From Halocafeteria seosinensis (lineage: Eukaryota), in contig LVLI01000127.1 in the NCBI GenBank assembly GCA_001687465.1, positions 50,013 to 70,012 on the forward strand: DNA of 20,000 nucleotides, in the 5' to 3' direction. The number at the start of each line of letters is the position of its first letter. Positions within the stretch are counted from its first letter, which is position 1. Positions 1 to 11,400 of this stretch are shown piece after piece. The notes beneath the pieces were generated by a model, which saw nothing but the letters and a program-made list of their open reading frames with translations, ran no database searches and was not told the DNA's origin. The translations under genes and the position numbers were made by a program.

Positions 1-976
1 TTGGTAGCATTTCGAAGTGTTTCGAATGCATGCGGACAGGGTATGAAGTCATCTTCCATTAGCATAAAATACTCGGCCGAAAAGTTACGAAGAAAGTGAG
101 ATGAAATAGTCAGTGAGCTGGACATATCCAGGGTCTGTTGGCGCACCTTGGCCCCAGGTTTATTTCGGGAGCCCAAATCCTTGCCTTGGGTTTCAGCGGG
201 TCGAGGGTTGTCCACGATACTTACGTAGCTGCAACGGAAAGCTTATACGAAATAGATAGAATTAGTCTGCAAGCTGATGATGATTATATAACGTCTACAT
301 ACAAGCTCTTCGAATTATTCACCAACTTATGACGGAGTTCGTCTAGGTACCGATGACTGACGTTGTGACCGCTATTATCAATGACAAGTAGCCGAACGCG
401 GCCGAACAGCGGGTGTGAGGGAGTACGCGGAAGTTGGGCCAGGAATGAATTCACCGTGGGTCCTATGTAGTCTACCTGCATTTTTCGATTAGTGCGTGCC
501 ATACGGGGAGTGGTCGGTATCCCTATCAAAAGCCATGGCTTTGGTGGACTGCGATGGTAAAAGGCTGGCATCTGGCCCCTCTGACCTGAGGCCTTGACGG
601 TGCTTGATCCATGGATAGCAGGGTTGTGCTCGCGTGGTTGAGGGCCTTGACCCTGAGGAAAAGTTCGCTTGATGTTCCCCAACGATGAATTCAACCCGGT
701 TTCCTTATTCAAAGCATCTCTCCATCGAATCACTGTAAGTTGCGTCTGGGCGGCAGACGCCGAAGCCGGTAGTTGCCACGCATAATGCTGCATGCGTACC
801 AAGATTGCTACCGTGAACACCACTATCGCCGCGAGTAGAAACTCCATCAGCATGAATCGAGGCTGTAAGCATCGTGACAAGAGGTAAACACATCTGGAAG
901 GCTCCTCTGTCGGCGCTTGTTTGTCGTCGGTGAGGGGAGACGCCCGTACATGTCCATTTCCATTTTCTTGTGTCAT
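1..976 (-). CDS. GT54 / MGAT4-like (N-acetylglucosaminyltransferase IV-like) glycosyltransferase, type II membrane protein; spliced join(976..303, 228..<1), 3' end outside the window
   Basis: The first ATG is at 976 (the ORF track starts at a GTG at 991). There is a hydrophobic anchor FMLMEFLLAAIVVFTVAILV (797..856), a stem region, then WLLIGIPTTPR...DYIGPTVNSFL, resembling the GT54 'IGIPTVxR...YLxxTLxSL' motif. Removing intron 229..302 continues the frame as FYVSIVDNPRPAETQGKDLGSRNKPGAKVRQQTLDMSSSLTISSHFLRNFSAEYFMLMEDDFIPCPHAFETLRNAT. RQQTLD and YFMLMEDD (EDD at 48..56) match the MGAT4 'KQNLD...YYVQLEDD' motifs. Confidence 0.8.
229..302 (-). other. Spliceosomal intron (74 nt, phase 2) in the GT54-like gene
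   Basis: On the - strand the donor is GTATGT at 302, a branch-like GACTAAT lies at 267..261, and the acceptor is CTTTCCGTTGCAG ending at 229. It contains the in-frame stop that ends the tracked ORF, and removing it restores the frame carrying the conserved EDD motif. Confidence 0.88.
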
Positions 977-1748
977 TCTCCTGTGTCGCACACAATACGA
1001 ACACTATCGTGCTCATCTACTACCAGCATTGTAAATTCAACTATATCGGGGCATACAGGACTGTACAGCATGGTAAACGAGCACTACAACGCGTTTGTGA
1101 AGCCCCCGACAAACCGTCGAGGAAGTAGTTTGGTAGCAACTTGTTTTCTGACCAACAAGTGACAGCCATTTGGGGTAGTCATTATGTAAATACCGTACGT
1201 CAAAGGTTACCTTTTGTAATCATTAAACGAGTCGTCACGTGTTCCTGGTATACAGTGACGTTAAATGCACATGTGGGCGGTGCTGCGGTGGAAATTTTCC
1301 AGGAATCGCTTATCGATAATTGTCTTGAAGTACAGGTCGATCTCAACGGTCCAAGACAATTCAGAGACGATGTTGTCGCCAGGGTCCACAAGTAAGGACA
1401 TGATTGTGTGACAGGCGACATGCGAAACCCCAGATAAAGGGTATATAGTTGGTTGAGTGTGCCACCAATCCGTGGCTTCAGCAGGGATTCATCTACTTAT
1501 TCGGTACATTGGCTGGACTGCCTTGGTTCTGCTTTTTTATTCCGGTGAGGCAATTACTTCGACTCAATACACTACTAAAGAATTGGACGCATCCCTCATG
1601 AGTCGTGTTTTGGTCAAACAGCTCAAACGAGTCACAAGCATACTGTACGTCCAGCTGTGCCCAAAAGAATGCGTCGCTGTTGGTCGTACTCTTCACTGGC
1701 TAGCCTGGTCTTTGGTGCAGCTTCTGGAAATGTTCGTGGCTCAACGGT

Positions 1749-1769
1749 ACTGTACACACTGTGTACAGT
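1749..1769. repeat. 21-bp inverted repeat ACTGTACACA-C-TGTGTACAGT (perfect 10-bp arms, 1-nt spacer)
   Basis: Read directly from the sequence; it lies in the divergent intergenic region. Function unknown. Confidence 0.85.
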
Positions 1770-2295
1770 TCTTCCTGCGGAGAGGTACTTCCAAAAAAAG
1801 GTTAAGTAAAGAGTACGGTTGTAGCAGAGAAGGAGCCGGATCATTGAATTCTGTGTTTTCAGCACTAGCAGTTCACAACAGCAGCTTCATTGAGATACAA
1901 TCAACAGTGTTCTGCATGTAATTCAACCAATGACGATTTTCTTCTAATCCACTGACTGCATAGCGCCTCTCAAGTTCTCTGTTTCTAGAAGTCCAACTTT
2001 TGTTTGTTCGGTCCGTTGACTTGTTTTAACGGCCATATGTGTGTGGGATAGGCAGATCAGACTCAATTTTCCCGGTATTGAGCAGTGTGAGCGTGAATAG
2101 ACTAGTTGTACGCATTGTTCAACACTCACTGCACATGGATTTCGCTCTGGATCCCGCTGTATTGTGGTAGTGGGAGCGCCGTTTGGTTTTTGGACGTTGT
2201 GAAACACCGTCGTTCAGTGGCTTTTCTGGAGCGTATACACAAAGACTCGGGTGGCTCACTCGTTGGATAGTTGCCCCAGAGATAGGAGAAGGACG

Positions 2296-2490
2296 ATGTC
2301 GGGTCGAGACCGAAGTTTTCGAAGCAAACAACTCTCTACGAGCTCTGGAGGAGGAAGTCAAGCTCAGCAGATACCCGGCGAAGAGCATGTAGGTGCCGAA
2401 AGTAAGCATGGGGCTCCTCAGAGACAGGGGAGGGATCCTCGAGCCGTATTTGGTGAAACCAGTGTGGACGAGGAACGTAAACACACTATG
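2296..2490 (+). CDS. HYDIN: HYDIN exon 1 (predicted; MSGRDRSFRSKQ...EERKHTM)
   Basis: ATG at 2296 is in frame with ATG|GTACGT at 2488..2496. The encoded segment is low-complexity and not recognisably conserved, so the true start could instead be the ATG at 2488. Confidence 0.6.
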
Positions 2491-5400
2491 GTACGTGCAC
2501 GTGACGCGCTCGCATTGTGGCCCGATGTCGCAACCTGTACGTCGCATTCGATTCGATCGTACTGCAGACACCATCCGAGCTCTACTGGACGATGCATGGA
2601 CAGCGTCAGGCAAGCAAGGCGAAGAGACGCCAAGGTAGTCCGCAAAAGTCGGGCGCAGCGTATAACGCAACTTCGACAGTCCATGGAGGTGAAGGCAAGG
2701 AGAAAAAGCAAGGCGAAAGCTGGGACCAAACTTACAGACGCAAAATACAGCGTGAACAAGATGAGGGTAAATCTCCCGAAATTATAGAAGTATGTTATGG
2801 GTACAGCCAGCAACGAGAGGGAAATCCACCATGACTACATCAACTTCTCCCTTCTTCCTTGCAGTTGTTGAATATTGCAGACCATACGAGACAGGTAGAG
2901 AGCTCAGTACCAATGACAAAGCCTCTGTTTTCCACAAAGCCGGGATGTATCGAGTTTAGGAACTTTCAACCGTTTGAAGAAACTACACAGAAGCTGAAGC
3001 TGATGAACCAGGACTCAGTATGTCCATTGCGAAATCTTATCGCTTGAGCTGACCGATGTAGCCTTTCCTCGTATATGTTACAGGTTCCTCGCCGCGTTCG
3101 TGTGGTACAACCAGATACTCCGTTTTTCAGAGTGACTGGGCCTGTGTCCACTGCTGGAACGCCCCTCGCAGATTCCCGTGTGGCCCCAGGGGTAGAGGTG
3201 GTCTTTTTCATCCACTTTAAACCACAGGAATGTAAGGATTACGCTTACGATGTTGTCGTGGTCACAGAGCGGGAGAAGTTTGTGGTACCTTTGAGAGCTA
3301 TTGGTCCCCGACCTTTTTTGACTTTCCCTGATCGGTTAGAGTTTCAATCAGTGACAGTCAAAAGCTCATCCACACGCACCTTTGTTGTTAGGAATATTGG
3401 AGATAAAGTTTGCCAGTTTTTCTTATCGGTTCAAGATTATCAAGATGATGGAAGACAGGATGATACCTTAAACCAACTGTCTATGTATAGCAAGTCGCTT
3501 ACCCAAGAATCTAGTGGTGTATCTTTACTACGTGGTGTGCAGGCTTGGGATGTCTCACCTCGAGAGGGCACTGTCCCAGTGGGGGGAAATATGCAAATAA
3601 CAGTCCGATTTACGCCTTATGAAAGCCGATGGTACAAAGGTCGCTTAACTGTCTCTTATAGCGAGGGGGTGGACGTTCATGTCGGGCTGGAGGGCAAAGC
3701 GTACGACGTAAATGTGTTTCTCGATTCCGACAGTCTCGTTATGGAGAAATCCTACATAACGCTGACGTCCCAAAATAGTTGCTATGTATATAACAAAAGC
3801 GATATGCCCGTGCACTACTCTTGGAAAGCCATAGCTCGGAAAGAAGGAGAAAATAACGAACGACTGAGGTTGTGTGAAAAATTGCAGCAACTGTATGAAC
3901 GAGAACGTTCTAGTATTGTCGAACAAGAGACTCTAAGACCAGCTTCACCTGAAAACATAAGTGACGAGGGAGATGCATACTACGACGAACATGCGAATCT
4001 AGAGGCCAACGAATTCAATGCGATACTACCGCTGGACTCAAAGGCCAAACTTTCGGCAATTGAGCGAAAATATCAAAATTTGTTCCGCCAAGTTATGTTT
4101 GATGAACTACTGTTTACCGACGGCGCTTTCAAGATTGAGCCCATACAGGGAACTATTTGGGCGCATAGTCATCAGCAGTTTTCGGTGACGTTTACACCAT
4201 CTACCGCCGCCACTTATCGAATAACGGCTTTTTTGGAAGTATCTGGGAGAGAGTCAAGGTTACCATTACAGCTTTCAGGTATGGGAATCGGACCTAAAGC
4301 AGCATTTAACTTTGACATAATGGACGTTGGTGACATATTCGTTTCGTCCACGCACCACTATTTACTGACCATGACAAATAAGGGAGACATTCCTGCGGAA
4401 TGGTCTGTGGCAAACCCGACCACCCCGTTTGGTAGCAAGTTTAGTTTTGATCCTTCTCAAGGCGTTCTCGCAGTAGGATCTGCGCAAAACATCATGGTTA
4501 ATTTTAGCAGCGATCTCCTAGGAGAATTCAGCGAAATCTTCGAATTTAAATTGGAGGGATCTATGGAGCCCCTCTACGTCCAGTTTAAGGGTCACGTTAT
4601 TGGGCCTACGTTTCATGCCGACGTTGATGAGTTAGGCTTTGGAATTGTTCCGTATGAGTTCTTGGCTACGAAAAAGTTCAAGTTGTACAATACATCCGAC
4701 ACTAAATTTTCGTTTGATATGCGCGTTCCCCACGACGAAACAGAGTTTGAGCGAGAATTCGATATTGTACCTCCGAGAGTCGAGGTAGATGCAGACAGTT
4801 CCGCTGAGGTTACCGTTGATTTTGTCAGCCGTCATGCTAAGGAATATGATTGCTATCTTGCGGTGGACGTCGTGGGGGTAGGGAGGGACTTACTTTCCAT
4901 CCCCATCAAGGCGCACTGCGTTGTTCCTCCCGTTCGTTCAAAAGATCACCAAATTGAGTTTGGCACAGCGTTTCTAGGGTACCCGTATCGGAAGACGGTA
5001 CGCCTGGTCAATGACGGTGATCTGCCGGCGCGATATGAAGTACTACCTCAAGAAGAGCAGCATGCCTTTGTCGCTGCATTTCACACTTTTGACCCTCGAG
5101 GCACGATTCCACCGAATGAAATGCGGGTTGTGGAGTTCGAATTTCGGGCGCATCGGATTGGACCTATCTCTGTCCCGATGCACATTCAAGTCTCTGGAAC
5201 GGACACCCCTCTTCTGGTAGAGCTTCGCGCTCGTGGTAGTGGTCCCGTTGTTTCAGCAAAACCTGCTTCTTTGGACTGGGGCAAGATTCCGTGCTTGCAC
5301 GATAGACATTTGTCATTGCAGTTACAGAACACTTCACTGATATCTGCGCCCTTCAAGACCTTCTTGAAGAATCCACGGTCTAAATTTGCCGTTGACGTTG

Positions 5401-8400
5401 TTGACGGCGTCATCGAGCCCGGGGAGAAAACGGAACTTACTCTTACGGCCCACGTAGATGACACGATTCAACACAAGGATTATTTATACGTTGTTATTGA
5501 GAACAGTGATAGCGTAGTGGTTCCCTTAAAGGCTACTGGCACAGGGACCACTATCTATTGTGAGGACGATTTGGAAACGATAGACTTTGATTACCAATTT
5601 ACGCGTCGTCCTTTTAAGAAGTCATTTATCTTAGAGAATCGCGGTCGACGGACGCAGACGTTGTTTTGGGCAAATTCCACTGCGAAAGCTCGTGAAAGTG
5701 GCAAAGGAAAGGGTAAGGAGCGTGAATCCGACGAATCAACAGCAATTTTTTCGGTTGAACCATCTAGTGTAACTCTGAAACCACGAACTGCGTGTGTGTT
5801 TACTGTGCATGGAATGTGTTCACAACGGGGGAATGTTGAAGAGACTCTTGAGTGTTCGTCGAGAGTCGCTGATGATAATCTTACGCGAGTCATATTCAAT
5901 AGTTGCGTGAAGGCTCGTCTGATTCAACCTGTAATTTCTGCGGATCCCCCAAGTTTCTGTTTTGAATACTTCTACAAAGTGGGCGAGACACCTGCAGGCA
6001 TCGCTCCACGAGAGAAGACACTCCAGGAAGCTCCTTTAACTATACAGAATGAATCGAATCTGCAGCTTTCTTGCTCTTTGCAGTGCGGTTCAGCGTTTGA
6101 CATTGAACCGAAGCATTGCAAAATCCAAGCCAAAGGGAGTTATGACTTGACAGTATACTTTGATCCTGGGTTTGGACAGGAGTTGCAAAGTAAGACTCTC
6201 GATGACTGCATTAAGGTACGTTACGAAGAACATCCACATACTGATGCAATTCCGCTTCGAGGGTCTATGAACTTTCCGAATCTAGAGATTGAATATTCTC
6301 ACGTGGAATTCGGGCATGTTCTGAACGACACAACGAAAACTCAAAGGGTTCTAGTGTCAAACTGTAGTAACTGTCCCGCGGAGGTCTCGTGGTCGTTCCT
6401 GGAAGACGAACGTGGAGCAGGGGACGCTAATTCTCGTCTTCCCCACATTCCTGTCAACCAAGTGTTCGATATTCTTCCGGTGAGATTTCGTCTCGAACCG
6501 TACGAGGCGGAGTATGTCGAATTCGCATTTTATGCACACGAAGATCGGAGTTTCACGGGAACAGCCGTGTGTGAGGTAGCAGGAGGCCCAACGTACGAGT
6601 TAGAACTGAGCGGCTCCGGGGGCTCCTTAGGATACGAGCTAAGCAAGGATAGCATTGACTTTGGCCAATGCCTATTTGATCGCCAGCACGAGGAAGTGCT
6701 CACGCTATATAATACCAGTCGGGTGAACTTCTCGTATAATATAAGAACTTCACTCCTGAGTCGCGAAGACATTTTCGTTGTTCAACCCGCGAGTGGCGTT
6801 GTAGCCGGGAATGACAAACAGACTCTTTCGATAAAACTACTCCCTGGGATTCCAGGATTAGTTGAAGAGACTTTAGTGCTGGAGGTTGCCCACTTTGAAC
6901 CGATAATGGTTAAAGTACGGGCAGAGTCTATCGCTGCTTCCGTCGTTGCCCGCTTACCCCGACGCATCACTGTGCTTTGGGAGCAGGCGTGTGAATCCTC
7001 GTTACAGAAATTTGTAGATGGGTTGACTAAGGAGGAAAACTCTGGTGACAATGTGCACATGAGTTCGTTCTTGTCATCTCTATCACTAGAGTCTTCCGAT
7101 TTTTCTGCCTCCTCTGGACCAGCAGAGCTGATGGGAGGGAGCCAAAGTTCGCTTCAGGAGGGGGAAAAGCAACAATTGATAAGAGTTTACACTGAGGTTG
7201 CTAAGTCTCTAATGTCCAACGAGTCTTTTCGTGCGTCAAGAGCTGATTTCGAGTCCAGTGCTTTCCAGTTTTCCAGGAAAGAACTGCTGGGCGAAATGGA
7301 AAGGGAATGCGTTCGCCAAGCGTTTTCCGGTTTCCTCAGTACTGTTGCCGCATCGTCTGAGGAGGGGAAAAACGTGAGCTGGTGGACAATTCTAAAGCAA
7401 TACAAAAATAAATCCACCGCTCTAGATCAAATATTGGATCGCGCCTTGTCAAGCGGGTATGAAACTCTCTCGCTGAAGGCTCAGCGTGTCGGAGACCGGT
7501 CGTTAAGCGTACCAGAGCGGTTTGTAGCTTGTCGTTACGTTTTAGATTTTGGAACCATTGTTGCTGGTGGGATCAAGAAGAAAACATGCCAGATTAGTAA
7601 TATTGGCGGTATATCTTGCAGCTTCACTGTGGATGGGCAAATAGCGCGGTATATTGGGTTCCGAATTGAGCCCACCAAAGTATCTAATCTTCCTCAAGGG
7701 GAGTCTGCCGAAATTAGTGTTGAGTATGCAGCGACAATGGAGAAGTTTGATGTTAAAGCGCCTACACAGGATCTAGTGTATTCGTCACTGTGCGAGCCGA
7801 AAGAACTTTCAGGAAAACTGCCTCTGGGCAGACGCACAGTCGAGGTTCCTGTCTGGGTCAATAACGGTCCTGCCATTATGTTAGAGTTGCGCGCGAATGT
7901 GTGTGTACCTCATGTGCAGATACTACAGCCTAAAGAGCTGTCTTTCGGTACGCTTCTAGTTGGGCAAGCCGCTTGCGCATCTATTGAAATATTTAATCCC
8001 TGCCCTATATCCGTTTGTTGGAAGCAGACATTACCAAAGGTTAGAGGTACAATCGAGGAGTCAGCATTTGATGCGTATCCAAGCGAGGGTACGTTGCTAC
8101 CCTTGCAACATAGCGTGGTTGACGTCGTCTTCGCTCCCCGTTCACCAGGTGAATCGCAAAGCACGTTCCTCTTTACTTCAGACCGTCGCGCTCCCGCAGC
8201 AAATATTGTTGTTCGTGGAAGTGCCCGTGCTCCGCTTGTCAAGCTAGACCCGACCTCAGTGGGATTTGGGCCTTGCTTTCCGTGTGCTTCTTCTACATAT
8301 ACGGATGTGCGGTTGGTTAACGACGAAGAGAACGATGTCGAGGTGTTTTCGATGGACTTTGATCCTGTTGCTAAGCAAGAGGCGGATTTAATCGAGGAAG

Positions 8401-11400
8401 CGGGGTCAGAAGGTTGTATTGGACTTTTGTTGCGAGACTTTGGTAAATCCGGATACCAATTCTTGCGAGATTCCTTAAGCCGTCTCAATGATCAAAACAT
8501 GTTCAGTGAAGATAAGCTTCTGCCATTTTACCAAGTTCACAGTGATTTCCCTGACGATTTAGGCCGTTCCCGAGAGAACAGTCGAGGATCGAAGATTTGG
8601 GCTGCCGACGTCGTCTCTCCTCGGGGACAGGTGCAAGCCTTGGATGTGGTCGTCGTCGGCCCTCCACTATGTGGTAAAACCACCTACGCTACGAGACTGT
8701 GCGAGGATATGGACTTGCTCTATATTACCGTTGATGACTGTATTGAATGGGCAAGGAGCGGTTGGGGTGGAAGCTTGTTGCAAGACTCAGTTCTGCTGGA
8801 TATGGCGCACTCCTTCATTGAGAAGGAACGGATGAAACAAGAACGACCGGAGTCTTCGGACTCAGCAAAGAAGTCTAATAAGAAGTCAAGTGCACGCAAA
8901 GCATCGAAAGATGCTGAGGCTGAAGAGCACTCCGTCGTTGACATTGATACCGCGGTGGAGATGGCAAGACAAGACACTCTTTCGTCTGCTTCAGTTACCT
9001 ATAACGTGCTTGTATCTATTTTTCGCAGCCGTCTCACTCGATTTGATGCGTCCTCTGGTGTTGTCGTCGATGGTTTGCATTCCCGGTTTGCAGATCCGGT
9101 AACAGTTTTGCGTGCCCTCAAACAAGGTGACGAACATGGTCGTCTTCATATGATTAATGTCTCTTTATCCACGGAGGAGATCGTGGAGAGATGGAAACAT
9201 TTACTTCAAGTCGCTGAAGAACAAGAAACAGTTCCAAAAGAAGGTGGGAATGAGGATGCCGGATCGGGACATCAGGAGGAAACTGCGAGGTCCGCCTCCG
9301 ATCTTGTAGTTCGTCTCCGAAAATACTTGGAAGAAGAAGAAAGGCTACCAGAAGAAGAAGTATGCATACAACCTACGGCATCTTGGAAAAAGGAAGAAGC
9401 GGAATTGCGCGTTGTGTGGGATGAAAAGCATCGTGACTCTGTTGGCTCGGTTACGAAAGGGAGTACGAGCCAACCAAAGGAAAGAACAGAAGAGGAAAAG
9501 GAGATAACGAGCGAGGAGGAGCATAAGCCCGAGGAAGAACATGTGGAGGAGACGGAACGTGAAGAAGTAGCACCTGGATCAGGTAGCTCGCGACATGATG
9601 GGCTGGAGAAGGAGACAGATAATAGCGAGTTGCTACCGTCAAGGACGTGGGTGGATGTTTACGTATCGTTGCAGGGAGAGGAGTTTATATCAGAGGTGAA
9701 GAAATTGGTATACAAAGACGACCGCTTTGTTTTTTCCGATGACGGATCCACCCTGTCCCCGAGCTATATTTATCAGTCGCGCAGCGAAGGACTTTCGTTG
9801 CCCAAAATGCGTCTCATGTCCTCTCAAGCATACAGGGGAAGCTCTGCTCCTTTGCCAAGAAATTCGAATGGATCTTTTGTATTCTCAGTCACAAACTGTA
9901 ACGATGAAAATACCAATTACCGCTGGATGATACCTGCAAAGGCTTATGCAGATTTTAGATTGGTGTTCGCTACTCTGAGCCCCGGGCATTTCAACGCGTC
10001 TCTGCGCTTTGGAGTCGTCGGATCCCTTCACCAATTAAGGTTGTCAGCAACTGGGTTTTCGACGTGGCCGGACATTGAACGCGACATTAGTCGTCTCGTT
10101 GAGCGGCGGCAAGCTCGAAGACGACGTCGGCCAGCGTTAGCCAGTGCACCCTTTGATGCACTTTCGTGGACTGAAGATAGCTATTTGTCGGATAAGAAGG
10201 AATCAGATATGTTGATTCAACATATTCGGTTTTGGGGCGAAATCAATAAACAGTATGTCTCTGACGAAGGGGTTCTCGACCTTGGTCCCGTCCCAGCTGC
10301 CAGACTTCCGGCACTGCGACACTTCGCCGTGCCGCCACTTGACAGTAAGGAAGCGATAAAGGGAAAAGTTGACAATGCTCCTGTAGCTGTCAAGTCAGTT
10401 ATTACAGATGTGGCCAGCAAACATGTTGTCCGGATACGGCTTCGGAACCCTGGTCATGTCCCATGTACACTAAATGTGGGACTTCTTGGCCCAGATCGCG
10501 TCCGGGTATGGAGAATACAGTCGAAGAATGTCCCTTCGGAGAGTCCCAGGCAGAAACCGGAGGGCAGTAAGAGGAAAGGGTCTACTGTAGATGTTAAAGA
10601 AGTCGGATCCCAGCGTTCACCATCATACTTTTCTGATACCGATGAAATGGACCTGCTAACTGGTGACAGGGAACCAGGAGCTTTAGCGAAGGACACGTCT
10701 CGGGGTGACTGGCGTTCTAAGACATCGTCTGCGTTTCTTATTGAGCCTGCTTCAGGTATTGTATTGGAACCTGAAGAATCAACGGAAGTACTGCTGTGGG
10801 CGTTTCCGCCTGAAGAGAGACGATATGAGAACACACTTGTCATCACAGCCCAAGAAAACCCGCATCCACTGCTGATTCCCATAACTTGCTCCGGTGCGGT
10901 GGCGCACTTGTCGTTGCAGGGCACTTGGCGCTCTTCAATGAAGTCACTTATCGAAAGGAACAAAGCGGACGTACTGGCTCCTCTGTATGATGCGGCCCAA
11001 ACCCAGAGTGAGTCGAAGGAGGCTTCTCCGAATGTGGAGGAGGAGTCCAAGAAAGTTGAAAGTGTTTTTGATGATGCCCTGAGGAGCTCGTCTCCTTTTG
11101 GGCTCCTTGGATTTGGAAAGCTGCTTAAAGGAAATAGCGATTCTAAATCTCTTTCCATCGTAAATAGTAGCATTCTCGCAATGGATTGGTGCGTTGATCC
11201 GACTTTCCTCAAGGACAACCCGGCAGTCGATGTGAGTCCCAGTGAGGGTGTTTTGCAACCTGGCGAAACCCTCGCGCTAAAGATTACCTACAATACATCC
11301 TCGCAAAGTTCTGCCTCTACTATGAACTGTTGTCTTCCCATTTTCTATGGGGAAACGGCTTCTCAAAGCGTCCGCGCCCTAACTGTCAGTGAAGAGGAAA

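Noticed and set aside
2200..2295. RFX X-box upstream of the ciliary gene (GTTGCC at ~2270)
   Set aside because: Only a half-site is present; the second half (RGYAAC) is absent.
2183..2638. Two in-frame + ORFs (2183..2392 and 2393..2638) separated by a single TAG, suggesting stop readthrough or a reassigned codon
   Set aside because: They overlap HYDIN exons 1-2 in another frame, start at TTG/GTG and have no recognisable motif. The 5372-codon HYDIN exon contains no in-frame TAG, TAA or TGA, which argues against codon reassignment.
2119..2813. Minus-strand ORFs 2119..2670 (183 aa) and 2418..2813 (131 aa), and + ORF 2251..2787 as a standalone gene
   Set aside because: The minus ORFs are antisense shadows with no recognisable domain. 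The + ORF is HYDIN exon 1 reading through intron 1 into a wrong frame.
3075..3083. ATG at 3075 as the HYDIN start codon
   Set aside because: It lies just before the TTACAG acceptor of intron 3, and conserved HYDIN sequence continues in upstream exons.
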